A stretch of 45,715 bases of DNA from positions 1 to 45,715 of IMG/VR virus record IMGVR_UViG_3300036987_000023. One strand, written 5' to 3'. The translations under genes and the position numbers were made by a program. The stretch is from a virus. Taxonomy: Duplodnaviria > Caudoviricetes. Each line of letters starts with the position of its first letter. The stretch's first letter is position 1. Shown piece by piece: positions 15,079-23,718 of the stretch. The notes under the pieces were generated by a model, which did no database searches, had not been told where the DNA came from, and saw only the letters and a list, made by a program, of their open reading frames with translations.

Positions 15079-15955
15079 GATTGTCACATACGGAAAAGAA
15101 AGCGCAGAGTTTTCTATTTATGACGTTGCCGATATCCACCTACTTAACCGCGGCGTGTCAAAGTCTCACCTAATGAAAGACATTGAGCGAATCAAAGAGG
15201 ACACATATTCATTGTTTTTTATCGGCGGGGATTATGCCGACTGGATCTTTCCCGGCGACAAAAGGTTTGATCCGGAAGCCTTTGATGCTGACATGAAAAT
15301 CAATGACCTTTCACAGCTGGGCGCACTTGTGGCGCAGATGATCATCGATTATTTCTCTCCTATCAAAAGAAAATGCCTTGGAATGCTTATTGGAAACCAT
15401 GAATTTACGGCCATGAACCGCAATTCTCAGATGTTTGTTCACGAATATATCTGCGGGGCGCTGAAGGTTCCGAACATGCGTTTTTCAGGATTCACAGATG
15501 TTTATTTTTGCCACGAGCCCGGATTTAAAGCCGGGTGCAAAATGGTTTACTCAGACGTACCACCACCAAAATTTACTGCCAGGCTCAGGGTTTTTATTCA
15601 TCATGGCATGGGCGCCGCAAACACCGCCGGCGGTAAAATCAATAAACTAAAAATGCTGGTTGATATGGTCGATGCTGACCTCGTGCTGATGGGACATGTT
15701 CATGAACAATTTGCGAAAGCTTTTTTGAAAATGGTTCCCAATGCTGACTGCTCGGAGATTGGCCAGAAGGCGACAATGGGGCTCATTACCGGATCCTACC
15801 TGAGAACCTATGCGCCCGGGTTCACCGGCTACGGAGAAATTAAGGCTTATTCAGCAACCACACTCGGAGCGACAAGGGCGCGATACATTCCTCGTGAGCG
15901 AATTTTAACCGTCGAGAACCGGGCCGATAACGTCGGCGTGAAAGGTGTTTGGTAA
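15023..15955 (+). CDS. Calcineurin-like metallophosphoesterase (start uncertain)
   Basis: DIH, GGD, GNHE, HHG and GHVH motifs in canonical order. Confidence 0.88.
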   Translation: MKHSSGSLKGENVEASGCRIVTYGKESAEFSIYDVADIHLLNRGVSKSHLMKDIERIKEDTYSLFFIGGDYADWIFPGDKRFDPEAFDADMKINDLSQLGALVAQMIIDYFSPIKRKCLGMLIGNHEFTAMNRNSQMFVHEYICGALKVPNMRFSGFTDVYFCHEPGFKAGCKMVYSDVPPPKFTARLRVFIHHGMGAANTAGGKINKLKMLVDMVDADLVLMGHVHEQFAKAFLKMVPNADCSEIGQKATMGLITGSYLRTYAPGFTGYGEIKAYSATTLGATRARYIPRERILTVENRADNVGVKGVW

Positions 15956-16191
15956 TGAAAATCGCAATCATCTGGTGGACGGACACTTGCATACACGGCG
16001 ATCAACAAAGCGTAACGGCTGATGACGATTTGAAGCCCATTGCCGGGATAAGCTGCGGCCTGCTTGTAAAGCAAGATTACGATGGGGTGACGGTTTCGTT
16101 GGACAGCTTCACAGACCGAACCTACCGGAACGCGGTCACGTACAGCAGAAAACAAATTCAGAAGTGTTTGATTTTGGAGGTTAAGGAATAG
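15955..16191 (+). CDS. Small conserved phage protein
   Basis: MKIAIIWWTD...SCGLLVKQD; TAATG coupling. Confidence 0.65.
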   Translation: MKIAIIWWTDTCIHGDQQSVTADDDLKPIAGISCGLLVKQDYDGVTVSLDSFTDRTYRNAVTYSRKQIQKCLILEVKE

Positions 16192-16434
16192 GTGGAAAGA
16201 AAAACATGGGCTGAATTGAAGAAAGAAGGCTCCAAACATTACAACGGCGAGGACATTCAGCAAATCGACGTTTACAAGGCAAAGGGAATTTTCACTGTAT
16301 GGGCAATAAATGAGGGAACGCAACATTTCCAAAGGAACGCCCCTGCAAAGCGTGATTGTTTTGTGGAAGACATGGAAAAAATCATTCACTACGCACAACT
16401 GTTGATTGCTGAACATTTGGAGAAAGCAAAATGA
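16192..16434 (+). CDS. DUF3310/SaV-like protein
   Basis: GSKHY..EDIQQID...DMEKIIHYAQLLI. Confidence 0.65.
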   Translation: MERKTWAELKKEGSKHYNGEDIQQIDVYKAKGIFTVWAINEGTQHFQRNAPAKRDCFVEDMEKIIHYAQLLIAEHLEKAK

Positions 16435-16895
16435 GCATTTTCTTCGACCTCGACGGCGTGATCCGAAACATTTGTGGAATTGACCGCGAAAACTGGCAGA
16501 ACTGGGATGATCTTATCGATGGCCAGACGGTTGTCGAATATATCAATGCTGACCTCAAGCTGCTCTATACAGCCCCGGTCACGAAATATTACCCGCTGAT
16601 AGAATCCTTTCCCTTTGTTCATATCATCACCTGCCAGCCGGAGCATTGGCGGCCGTATACGATGTGTTGGATTCAGGAGCACTTCGAAAAGAACAGATTT
16701 GACGTGGATTTTGTCCTGAACGCATCCGAAAAGCTCTCCATGCTCAAAGAAGGCGACAGGATCGTGGAGGACTACCCGCTGTTTGACGACTACTCCAAAG
16801 TCATACTGATTGACTACCCATACAATCGGAACGTCACAGGGGCGGTCAGGGTGAGGAATGTTGACGAACTTAAGGTTGTGATGGGGGTGAAATGA
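16431..16895 (+). CDS. HAD-family 5'(3')-deoxyribonucleotidase-like protein
   Basis: FFDLDGVIRN, IIT, K...IVEDYP, DYPYNRN. Confidence 0.8.
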   Translation: MSIFFDLDGVIRNICGIDRENWQNWDDLIDGQTVVEYINADLKLLYTAPVTKYYPLIESFPFVHIITCQPEHWRPYTMCWIQEHFEKNRFDVDFVLNASEKLSMLKEGDRIVEDYPLFDDYSKVILIDYPYNRNVTGAVRVRNVDELKVVMGVK

Positions 16896-17016
16896 CCTTT
16901 TACCAAGCACATTGCCGGATAAGAGCGCGATTCCTGGCCTACGCAATCCTTTACTGCGCTGCCGTGTTCTGGGGCGTCTACTCGCTCGTCAGGGCGCTCG
17001 TTATGCTGGGGGTGGG

Positions 17017-17220
17017 ATGATGCCACAAATTGAGCGCTACGTTTTGCTTGGCTATGATGACCGAAACTATGAGTTTCACGTCCTCGCAGCGTCCGACGAT
17101 CAGGCTATCATAACCGCAATCCGGAAACTCGAAAGCCGCCTTGGAATGATGCGCGGCGGTTTAAAGAAATACTTTAAGGAAAACCCCGAAAGCATCATTG
17201 TGAAGTTCCGGGAGGGATGA
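17017..17220 (+). CDS. Small hypothetical protein
   Basis: MMPQIERY...; abuts the next gene. Confidence 0.55.
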   Translation: MMPQIERYVLLGYDDRNYEFHVLAASDDQAIITAIRKLESRLGMMRGGLKKYFKENPESIIVKFREG

Positions 17221-17622
17221 ATGAAATTAATACTGCCTTTTTCTGTAACCATTCCGCGAAAAACAAAAGACGATAAGGTTTTCCAGTTGAATCTTAACGT
17301 TTATCGAAACACCCACCACATGACGTTGAATCAAGCAAAAATACTTTGGAAGGATGTCGTTTCAAAGGCCTCCCTGTGGTCAATGATCGATGGGCAGCCG
17401 CCCTATAAATTCACATACACGGCTTACCCTGGCAGTAATAGAAAATTTGACCTTGGGAATGTTCTTTCAATCGTCCAAAAATTTACAGACGACGCGCTAA
17501 TTGAAACGGGCATTATTTCTGATGATTCCTATAAGGTAATTCCCGATGTTGCTTACCGCTTCGGGCATGTCGACAAAGATAATCCAAGGATCGAGTTAGA
17601 TATTGAGGGAGTAAAACTATGA
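17221..17622 (+). CDS. rusA: RusA-like Holliday junction resolvase
   Basis: RKFDLGNV..IVQKFTDDAL...IISDDS...DKDNPRIEL. Confidence 0.8.
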   Translation: MKLILPFSVTIPRKTKDDKVFQLNLNVYRNTHHMTLNQAKILWKDVVSKASLWSMIDGQPPYKFTYTAYPGSNRKFDLGNVLSIVQKFTDDALIETGIISDDSYKVIPDVAYRFGHVDKDNPRIELDIEGVKL

Positions 17623-17774
17623 CCGTCTGGCCGGAAGCGAAACGGGTAGAAAAGCCCTGTGTTGTGTGTGGAGAGATTATGTTTTGCACACCAACGAGAG
17701 AATTATGTTCAAAATGCCGACGTAAAAAAGAAGTCGCATGGATGAGAAAAAGAGCGAAGGAGAGGAAGAAATGA
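17619..17774 (+). CDS. 51-aa zinc-finger protein (not in the ORF track)
   Basis: CVVC...CSKC; ATGA overlaps at both ends. Confidence 0.65.
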   Translation: MTVWPEAKRVEKPCVVCGEIMFCTPTRELCSKCRRKKEVAWMRKRAKERKK

Positions 17775-18532
17775 GATCAAGAAATATCAAACCAGGGTTC
17801 TATAAAAATGATCTTTTGGCTGAATGTGATCCTCTTGCAAGGATACTTTTTACAGGTTTATGGTGCATGGCGGACAGGGAAGGGCGACTCGAGTACCGTC
17901 CGAAGAAAATCAAAGCCGAGTTACTTCCATACGACACCTGTAATATTGAAAAATTAATTAAGCAATTATCTGATAAACAATTCATAACTATCTATTCCGT
18001 AAATAGTAATAATTACATAGAAATTAACTCCTTCATAAAACACCAAACACCACACATTAAAGAACAGGCCAGCACCATACCAGCACCAGACAAGAATCAG
18101 ACAAGCACAAGTGTAGAATCCCTGATTCCTGATTCCCTTAACCTGATTCCTGATTCCGGATTCACGATTGACGATGTACCGGATAAATCCGGTTGCGCTC
18201 TCTCTGAAAATAAAAATAATAAAAAAACCTACCCGGATGATTTTTTGTGTTTCTGGGAAGCATACCCCAAAAAGTCAGGATCAAAAAAAGCAGCATTTGA
18301 AAACTGGAAAAAGCTCAACGGCAATAAACCCGCCATTGATGTGGTTCTTATCGCTATTGAACAGCAAAAAGAATGGCGACGCAACGCCAGGGATGGCGAT
18401 TTTCGTCCCGAATGGAAAGACCCGGAACGATGGATTAAAAACCGGATGTGGGAGCCTGAATTTACGCATTACACAGAAGAAAGCGAGATTGATAAGTGGT
18501 TAAGAAAAGGGGAATCCAATGTTAAAACATGA
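17771..18532 (+). CDS. Phage replication initiator protein
   Basis: MRSRNIKPGFYKND...GLWCMADREGRL N-domain and FWEAYPKK...KKAAFENWKKL C-domain, joined by a repeat-rich linker. Confidence 0.85.
   Translation: MRSRNIKPGFYKNDLLAECDPLARILFTGLWCMADREGRLEYRPKKIKAELLPYDTCNIEKLIKQLSDKQFITIYSVNSNNYIEINSFIKHQTPHIKEQASTIPAPDKNQTSTSVESLIPDSLNLIPDSGFTIDDVPDKSGCALSENKNNKKTYPDDFLCFWEAYPKKSGSKKAAFENWKKLNGNKPAIDVVLIAIEQQKEWRRNARDGDFRPEWKDPERWIKNRMWEPEFTHYTEESEIDKWLRKGESNVKT
18069..18163 (+). repeat. Iteron-like repeats, probable replication origin inside the initiator gene
   Basis: ccagcacca x2, cagacaag x2, cctgattcctgattcc x2, followed by an A-rich tract near 18207..18227. Confidence 0.65.
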
Positions 18533-18947
18533 ATTTGCATTATTTATAAAGCGCATGGGTGATTTCTATGAACGCGGAAAAGAGCCACGGCAATCAGCGA
18601 TGGACGCCTGGTTCGAAAAAATACAACACATTCCATCCGAAGCAATACGCTGGATTGAAAGTAAAATTCAGGATGAATGCGATAGTTTTCCTCATAACAT
18701 CGCCAAAACAGTGAACGAATATAACATGGCATGGCAGCAGGCGAACCCCGACAAGCACGCGCCAGAACATCACTTTGACTGCCCGGATTGTGATCATGGA
18801 TTGATCAGGGCGTTTAAGGATCATGAACTTTCGGGCGTTCGATATGGTTATGCTTTTAAGTGCTCAAAATGCAGGCAGTTGAGGCTTGATTATCCTGTTA
18901 TGAGCAGAAGTGAGCTTGTGGCGCAGGGTTATGTATTTACACACTAA
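18519..18947 (+). CDS. Replication-associated (helicase loader-like) zinc-finger protein
   Basis: Follows the initiator; CPDCDHG...FKCSKC. Confidence 0.55.
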   Translation: MLKHEFALFIKRMGDFYERGKEPRQSAMDAWFEKIQHIPSEAIRWIESKIQDECDSFPHNIAKTVNEYNMAWQQANPDKHAPEHHFDCPDCDHGLIRAFKDHELSGVRYGYAFKCSKCRQLRLDYPVMSRSELVAQGYVFTH

Positions 18948-18964
18948 CTACAGGAAGGGGTAAG

Positions 18965-19144
18965 ATGGCTACTGAATGGATTACGAGTTGGAAAGAGATA
19001 GCGCGATATTTGGGTGTATCGGTTCGGGCAGCACAGCGATACGCAAAGAACGGAATGCCGGTTTATCCCGCCGGCAGTGTAAAGGCCGAGGCAAAGGAGC
19101 TTGATAAATACCTGAAAAGTAAAAGTGGCGCGAATTGTCGCTAG
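18965..19144 (+). CDS. 59-aa winged-HTH DNA-binding protein (not in the ORF track)
   Basis: WITSWKEIARYLGVSVRAAQRYAKNGMPV. Confidence 0.8.
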   Translation: MATEWITSWKEIARYLGVSVRAAQRYAKNGMPVYPAGSVKAEAKELDKYLKSKSGANCR

Positions 19145-19191
19145 CACGACAGGGCGAAAAGGTGAGACACTATAGCCATCGAGGGGAACTG

Positions 19192-19635
19192 ATGGCTGAA
19201 AAACAAAAACATGCTGGCGGTCGCCCGCCACTTTTTAAATCACCAAAAGAACTACAAGAAAAAGTCAACTCCTATTTTGACTCCTGCTGGGTTGATAAAA
19301 TCGTTGAAGTAACAGACAAAGACGGGAATGTTACGGCAACAAATTCCACCTACCAAAATCGCCCCTACACAGTAGCAGGGCTCGCGCATTTTCTCGGATT
19401 TGATTCAAGAAATTCTCTCCTGAATTATCAAGTAAATCCAAAGTTTTTGGGCATTATAAAAAAAGCAAAGCTGAAAATCGAAATGAATATCGAGGAACAG
19501 TTAGTCGAAGGAAAGAACGCAGCCGGTCCGATCTTCTGGTTAAAGAATCACGCTGAATACAAAGACAAACAGGAAGTTGAACACAGCGGGAAGATCACGC
19601 TTGAGGATATCGTTGCAGGGGTGAGCAATGAATAA
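19192..19635 (+). CDS. terS: Terminase small subunit (gp3 packaging type)
   Basis: GRPPLFKSPKELQEKVNSYF...PYTVAGLA...IFWLKN...DKQEVEHSG. Confidence 0.9.
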   Translation: MAEKQKHAGGRPPLFKSPKELQEKVNSYFDSCWVDKIVEVTDKDGNVTATNSTYQNRPYTVAGLAHFLGFDSRNSLLNYQVNPKFLGIIKKAKLKIEMNIEEQLVEGKNAAGPIFWLKNHAEYKDKQEVEHSGKITLEDIVAGVSNE

Positions 19636-21061
19636 TATTTCCGCAGCAAGCAGAAAAATATCTGATTGGCGGAAATCTGCGGTTCAGTTTGTCGGCGATA
19701 ATTGGCCTAATGTCAAACTGGATGAATGGCAGGAAGAAACACTTAAATCATTGCCCGGTAACGACAGAGTAGCAATGAAAGCTTGCACAGGCCCAGGTAA
19801 GACAATGGTTTTGGCGATGGCCGGCTGGTGGCGCCTATCCTGTTTTGCCGAAAAGGGCGAACATCCCAAGGGCGCAGCACTTTCAATCACAAAAGACAAT
19901 CTCTCTGACAATTTATGGCCGGAATTAGCAAAGTGGCAAAACCAATCCCTGTTTTTATCGGCCGCATTTGAATGGCACAAAGAGCGAATCCAGGCAAAGG
20001 ATCATTCGGAAACGTGGTTTTTGTCTGCCCGGTCCTACGCGAAAGATGCCGATGCCGATGCCATTGGCCGGGCGCTTTCTGGATTGCACAGCAAATACCC
20101 TTTCATCCTCTTGGATGAAACCGGCGATATGCCGATTGCGGTAGGAAAAGCAGCAGAACAGATTTTTACAGGACTTCCGACAGACGCAACAATCATTCAG
20201 GCAGGAAACCCGACATCAGTAACAGGTTTGCTTTATCAGGCGTGTAATGCGCTTCGCGGACAATGGCACGTAATAACCATTACGGCGGATCCAGATGATC
20301 CCAAAAGAACACCTCGCGTTTCAATTGAGTACGCAAGGGATCAAATAGAAACACACGGCAAAGACAATCCCTGGGTTATGGCTACTATTCTTGGATTATT
20401 CCCGCCTCAGGGATTCAATGCGCTATTGGGTATTGACGATGTAGAGGCCGCTCAAAAGCGAAGTCTGCGGCCGGACCAATACCAATGGGCCGCGAAGATC
20501 ATAGGAGTGGATGTTGCGCGGTTCGGCGATGATAGATCGGTGTTGTTCCAGCGGCAAGGAATGGCGTCATTGATCCCCATCATCATGCGGAAGGCGCGAA
20601 CAACTGATATAGCTGCCAAGTGTGCCACGATGTTTGATTCGTGGGATGGCGATGCCATGATGATCGATGATACGGGACACTGGGGGCATGGCGTCATTGA
20701 TAACCTTGTGACTGCGAAATACAAGGCCATCGGTGTGCAGTTCCACGGCCCGGCGATTGATGAACGTTACAGAAACAAACGCGCCGAAATGTGGTTTTCA
20801 ATGGCTGATTGGGTGAAAAGCGGTGGAGTCCTGCCTCCTATTCCCGAATTGGTGGCCGAATTAACTACCCCGACATATTCATTTACAAGCGGTAAAATCA
20901 TTCTGGAAGACAAGGATCAGGTCAAGAAGCGGTTGGGACGCTCTCCGGACTTGGCGGATGCGCTGGCGCTCACATTTGCGTTCCCGGTTCAACCTCGGCA
21001 AAGATTGCGCGGGGGCGATAAGTCAGATCAGGCCAAAGAGTGGAGTCCATTTGATGCTTAG
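19628..21061 (+). CDS. terL: Terminase large subunit
   Basis: GPGKT Walker A, ILLDE Walker B, AGNP, GVDVARFGDD, SPDLADALAL. Confidence 0.95.
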   Translation: MNNISAASRKISDWRKSAVQFVGDNWPNVKLDEWQEETLKSLPGNDRVAMKACTGPGKTMVLAMAGWWRLSCFAEKGEHPKGAALSITKDNLSDNLWPELAKWQNQSLFLSAAFEWHKERIQAKDHSETWFLSARSYAKDADADAIGRALSGLHSKYPFILLDETGDMPIAVGKAAEQIFTGLPTDATIIQAGNPTSVTGLLYQACNALRGQWHVITITADPDDPKRTPRVSIEYARDQIETHGKDNPWVMATILGLFPPQGFNALLGIDDVEAAQKRSLRPDQYQWAAKIIGVDVARFGDDRSVLFQRQGMASLIPIIMRKARTTDIAAKCATMFDSWDGDAMMIDDTGHWGHGVIDNLVTAKYKAIGVQFHGPAIDERYRNKRAEMWFSMADWVKSGGVLPPIPELVAELTTPTYSFTSGKIILEDKDQVKKRLGRSPDLADALALTFAFPVQPRQRLRGGDKSDQAKEWSPFDA

Positions 21062-21503
21062 GACCGCACAGATAGACGACATTGATGCTTTGATTGAGAT
21101 GGGAAAGGCCATGTACGAAGAAAGCGATTTAAAATCATTGTCGTTCAATGAAGCAAAGGCGCGGGAAAAGATGCTCAATGTCATCAATGAGGAATTCGCT
21201 GTTGTCTATGAAGTGAATAACAAAATCATCGGCATGATGGGCGCGTGGTTGTATCAGCACATTTTCAGCGATGATTTGATCGCAATGGATTATTTGTTCT
21301 ACGTGAAACCAAGATACCGGGGATGCGCGGCGGCCGCGATGATGGCTCAGGCGTTTATTGATTGGGCGGTCCTTCAAGGTGTTCAACCGGCGAACATCAT
21401 GGTCGGCGTGAACGCTGGGATTAACGGCAACAAGGCTGTCGAGTTTTGGGAGCGGATCGGATTTGTCCGCTCTGGCGTCAATTTGCGTTTCGGAGGGAAT
21501 TAA
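21054..21503 (+). CDS. GNAT-family acetyltransferase-like protein
   Basis: LRTAQIDD...FYVKPRYRG...FWERIGF. Confidence 0.8.
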   Translation: MLRTAQIDDIDALIEMGKAMYEESDLKSLSFNEAKAREKMLNVINEEFAVVYEVNNKIIGMMGAWLYQHIFSDDLIAMDYLFYVKPRYRGCAAAAMMAQAFIDWAVLQGVQPANIMVGVNAGINGNKAVEFWERIGFVRSGVNLRFGGN

Positions 21504-21505
21504 AC

Positions 21506-21688
21506 ATGGGTGGAGTTCCGGCAGTTCCGGCTTTTAAGCCGTCACCAAAGGCAAGCGATCCGGCTGTTGAGGCCGCTCGTGAAAAGGAAAGGCTTATGGC
21601 GAAGCGTCGTAGAGGTCGCCAATCAACATTGTTGTCCGGGGAAACCGAAGACAACGCAGGTCAAACAACAACTTTGTTAGGGGGTTAA
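21506..21688 (+). CDS. Small virion assembly/ejection protein
   Basis: MGG-Pro-rich...RRRGRQSTLLSG...TLLGG, usually found just before the portal in such podoviruses. Confidence 0.75.
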   Translation: MGGVPAVPAFKPSPKASDPAVEAAREKERLMAKRRRGRQSTLLSGETEDNAGQTTTLLGG

Positions 21689-21693
21689 AGGAA

Positions 21694-23709
21694 ATGAAAA
21701 AGGTATTAAGTGTTTTACTTGGTATTTTGCTTTTTGCGACGATGGCCACGGCTGCGGGACCGTATCCAAACAAAGAGTTTGGCCAAAGCCTGGGGAAAGA
21801 CGGACGCTCATACAATGAGCTTTATCTGAAAAACAGCATTCTTTTTGAGGGCGCCACTTCTGACGCTTATGAAGGCAAGCTGCTGATCACCGATCCGACT
21901 GCCGATAGGACTTGGACGATGCCGGATAAGTCGGGAACTGTGGCCATGACGAGCGACGTCAGCACGGCGGCGACTGCGTGGAATGCGATCACTGATCCCG
22001 CGGCAAATAAAACAATCACATTTGGAACATACACAAGCACGTTGACCGGCGCTTCGACCGCTGCGGACCAATGGACGTTTACGAATACTGGCGCGATGGG
22101 CGACATTTCGGTTGTTAAAATCTCTCAGTCCGGAAATGCAACGGACGGCACGGTGCTGGAAGTTGTCAGTGCTGACGCCCAGGCGGATGCCCTGGTGGTC
22201 ACAGCAGCAGGCGCGAACGCATTAACCGTTACAGGCGCAGGCGCAGTCAATTTAATTGGCGCGACGGGCATTGTGGGTGATGTGGCTGTTACTGGCGGAC
22301 TGACCTCAACCGGCGTAACCGCATTCGGAAATGGGACAGCAACAGTAGCAATCAATTCTTCTGTTTGGGATATTGCGACGACAGGCGCAGCAAGCGGATT
22401 TACCACGTTCGATCTTACCGGCGACATTACGATGGCCAACGGCAAGGGCGTTAAAAGCTCCACCACGAATGGTCAGACGGTTGGTCTTTACGCATACGAT
22501 GTGGATGGCGCCGCTTATGTCAATTCCATCCTGATCACCAACGGCAATACGGTCGGTGTCAAAGTCGGAAGTGGCGTGGAAACCGTGGCTGTTGATTCTA
22601 CCACCTGGGACGTATCGACCGCAGGCGCTTTCTCTGGCGTAACGGGTATGACCTTTGCGGTGGGTGAGGCGGCGACTGTGACACTGGCTTCCAACGGCGC
22701 GGCGGATGATTTAACGATTTCTGTAACCGGAGCCAACGATGCTTCTTTGATTTTGACTTCCGCCGGAACAGGTGAAGATGCAATCATTGTCAGTTCGACG
22801 GCTGGCGGCATTGACGTGGACGCAGCAGCTGCAAAGGATATTAATATAGCAGGCGGCCAGGTGGCATTGGTTAGTAAAGACAACGCCGCGAGTGCGATCA
22901 GCTTAACCGCAAACATCGGGGCGACCGAAACCATCGTCGTCACAAATTCGCAAGGCACGAGCGAATCAGCCATTACGCTGTTGTCCACGGCGGGCGGTGT
23001 CAACGTTGATGCGGCTGCGGCCAAAGACCTCGATCTTGCAGGCGGTCAGGTGAAGCTTGTATCGAAAGACGATGCGGCAAGCGCTATTTCGCTCACAACA
23101 AACATTGGAACATCAGAGACAATCGTTATTACCAATACTCAAGGAACATCTGAAGGCGCGATCACTTTAGTTTCTACAGCTGGTGGAGTGGATATCGACG
23201 CAGCGGCAGCGAAAAACATTGACATTGCCGGTGGTCAAGTCCTCATCAGTTCCAAAGATAACACTGCTTCGGCAATTGCATTGACGGCAAACATAGGAAC
23301 CTCTGAAACTATTGTGGTGACAAATACTCAGGGCACGGGAGCGGGTGCAATTACGTTGACAGCGACGGCGGGAGGCGTGACCGCAAACGTGGCAGCAGGG
23401 AAGGCAATTACCCTGAACGGCACGGTAAATCATAAAGTTGGGTCAAATATCGCGTCACCGGCGGGTGGAGAGTTGACTCTTGGAGAAGGACAATATTTTT
23501 TAATCACCGGCACAAACAACATCACAAGTATTGCCGCGGCATCCACTACGGCAGGGCGGTTAGTTATCCTCCGGTTTGATGGTGTTTTGACATTCACTGA
23601 CGGAAATAACTTGAAAATAGCCGGTAATTTTGTGACTTCGGATGAAGACACGATTACCTTAATCAGCGACGGAACGAACTGGTATGAAGTATCTCGTTCC
23701 GCAAATTAA
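21694..23709 (+). CDS. Fibre-like protein with signal peptide and 63-aa repeats
   Basis: MKKVLSVLLGILLFATMATA; FEGATSDAYE..LLITDPTADRTWTMPDKSGTVA fibre motif; C-terminal DTITLISDGTNWYEVSR. Confidence 0.75.
   Translation: MKKVLSVLLGILLFATMATAAGPYPNKEFGQSLGKDGRSYNELYLKNSILFEGATSDAYEGKLLITDPTADRTWTMPDKSGTVAMTSDVSTAATAWNAITDPAANKTITFGTYTSTLTGASTAADQWTFTNTGAMGDISVVKISQSGNATDGTVLEVVSADAQADALVVTAAGANALTVTGAGAVNLIGATGIVGDVAVTGGLTSTGVTAFGNGTATVAINSSVWDIATTGAASGFTTFDLTGDITMANGKGVKSSTTNGQTVGLYAYDVDGAAYVNSILITNGNTVGVKVGSGVETVAVDSTTWDVSTAGAFSGVTGMTFAVGEAATVTLASNGAADDLTISVTGANDASLILTSAGTGEDAIIVSSTAGGIDVDAAAAKDINIAGGQVALVSKDNAASAISLTANIGATETIVVTNSQGTSESAITLLSTAGGVNVDAAAAKDLDLAGGQVKLVSKDDAASAISLTTNIGTSETIVITNTQGTSEGAITLVSTAGGVDIDAAAAKNIDIAGGQVLISSKDNTASAIALTANIGTSETIVVTNTQGTGAGAITLTATAGGVTANVAAGKAITLNGTVNHKVGSNIASPAGGELTLGEGQYFLITGTNNITSIAAASTTAGRLVILRFDGVLTFTDGNNLKIAGNFVTSDEDTITLISDGTNWYEVSRSAN
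22780..23420 (+). repeat. Three full and one partial 189-nt (63-aa) coding repeats
   Basis: Units start at 22780, 22969, 23158 and 23347; protein conserved, codons diverged. Confidence 0.9.
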
Positions 23710-23718
23710 GGGACTGTA

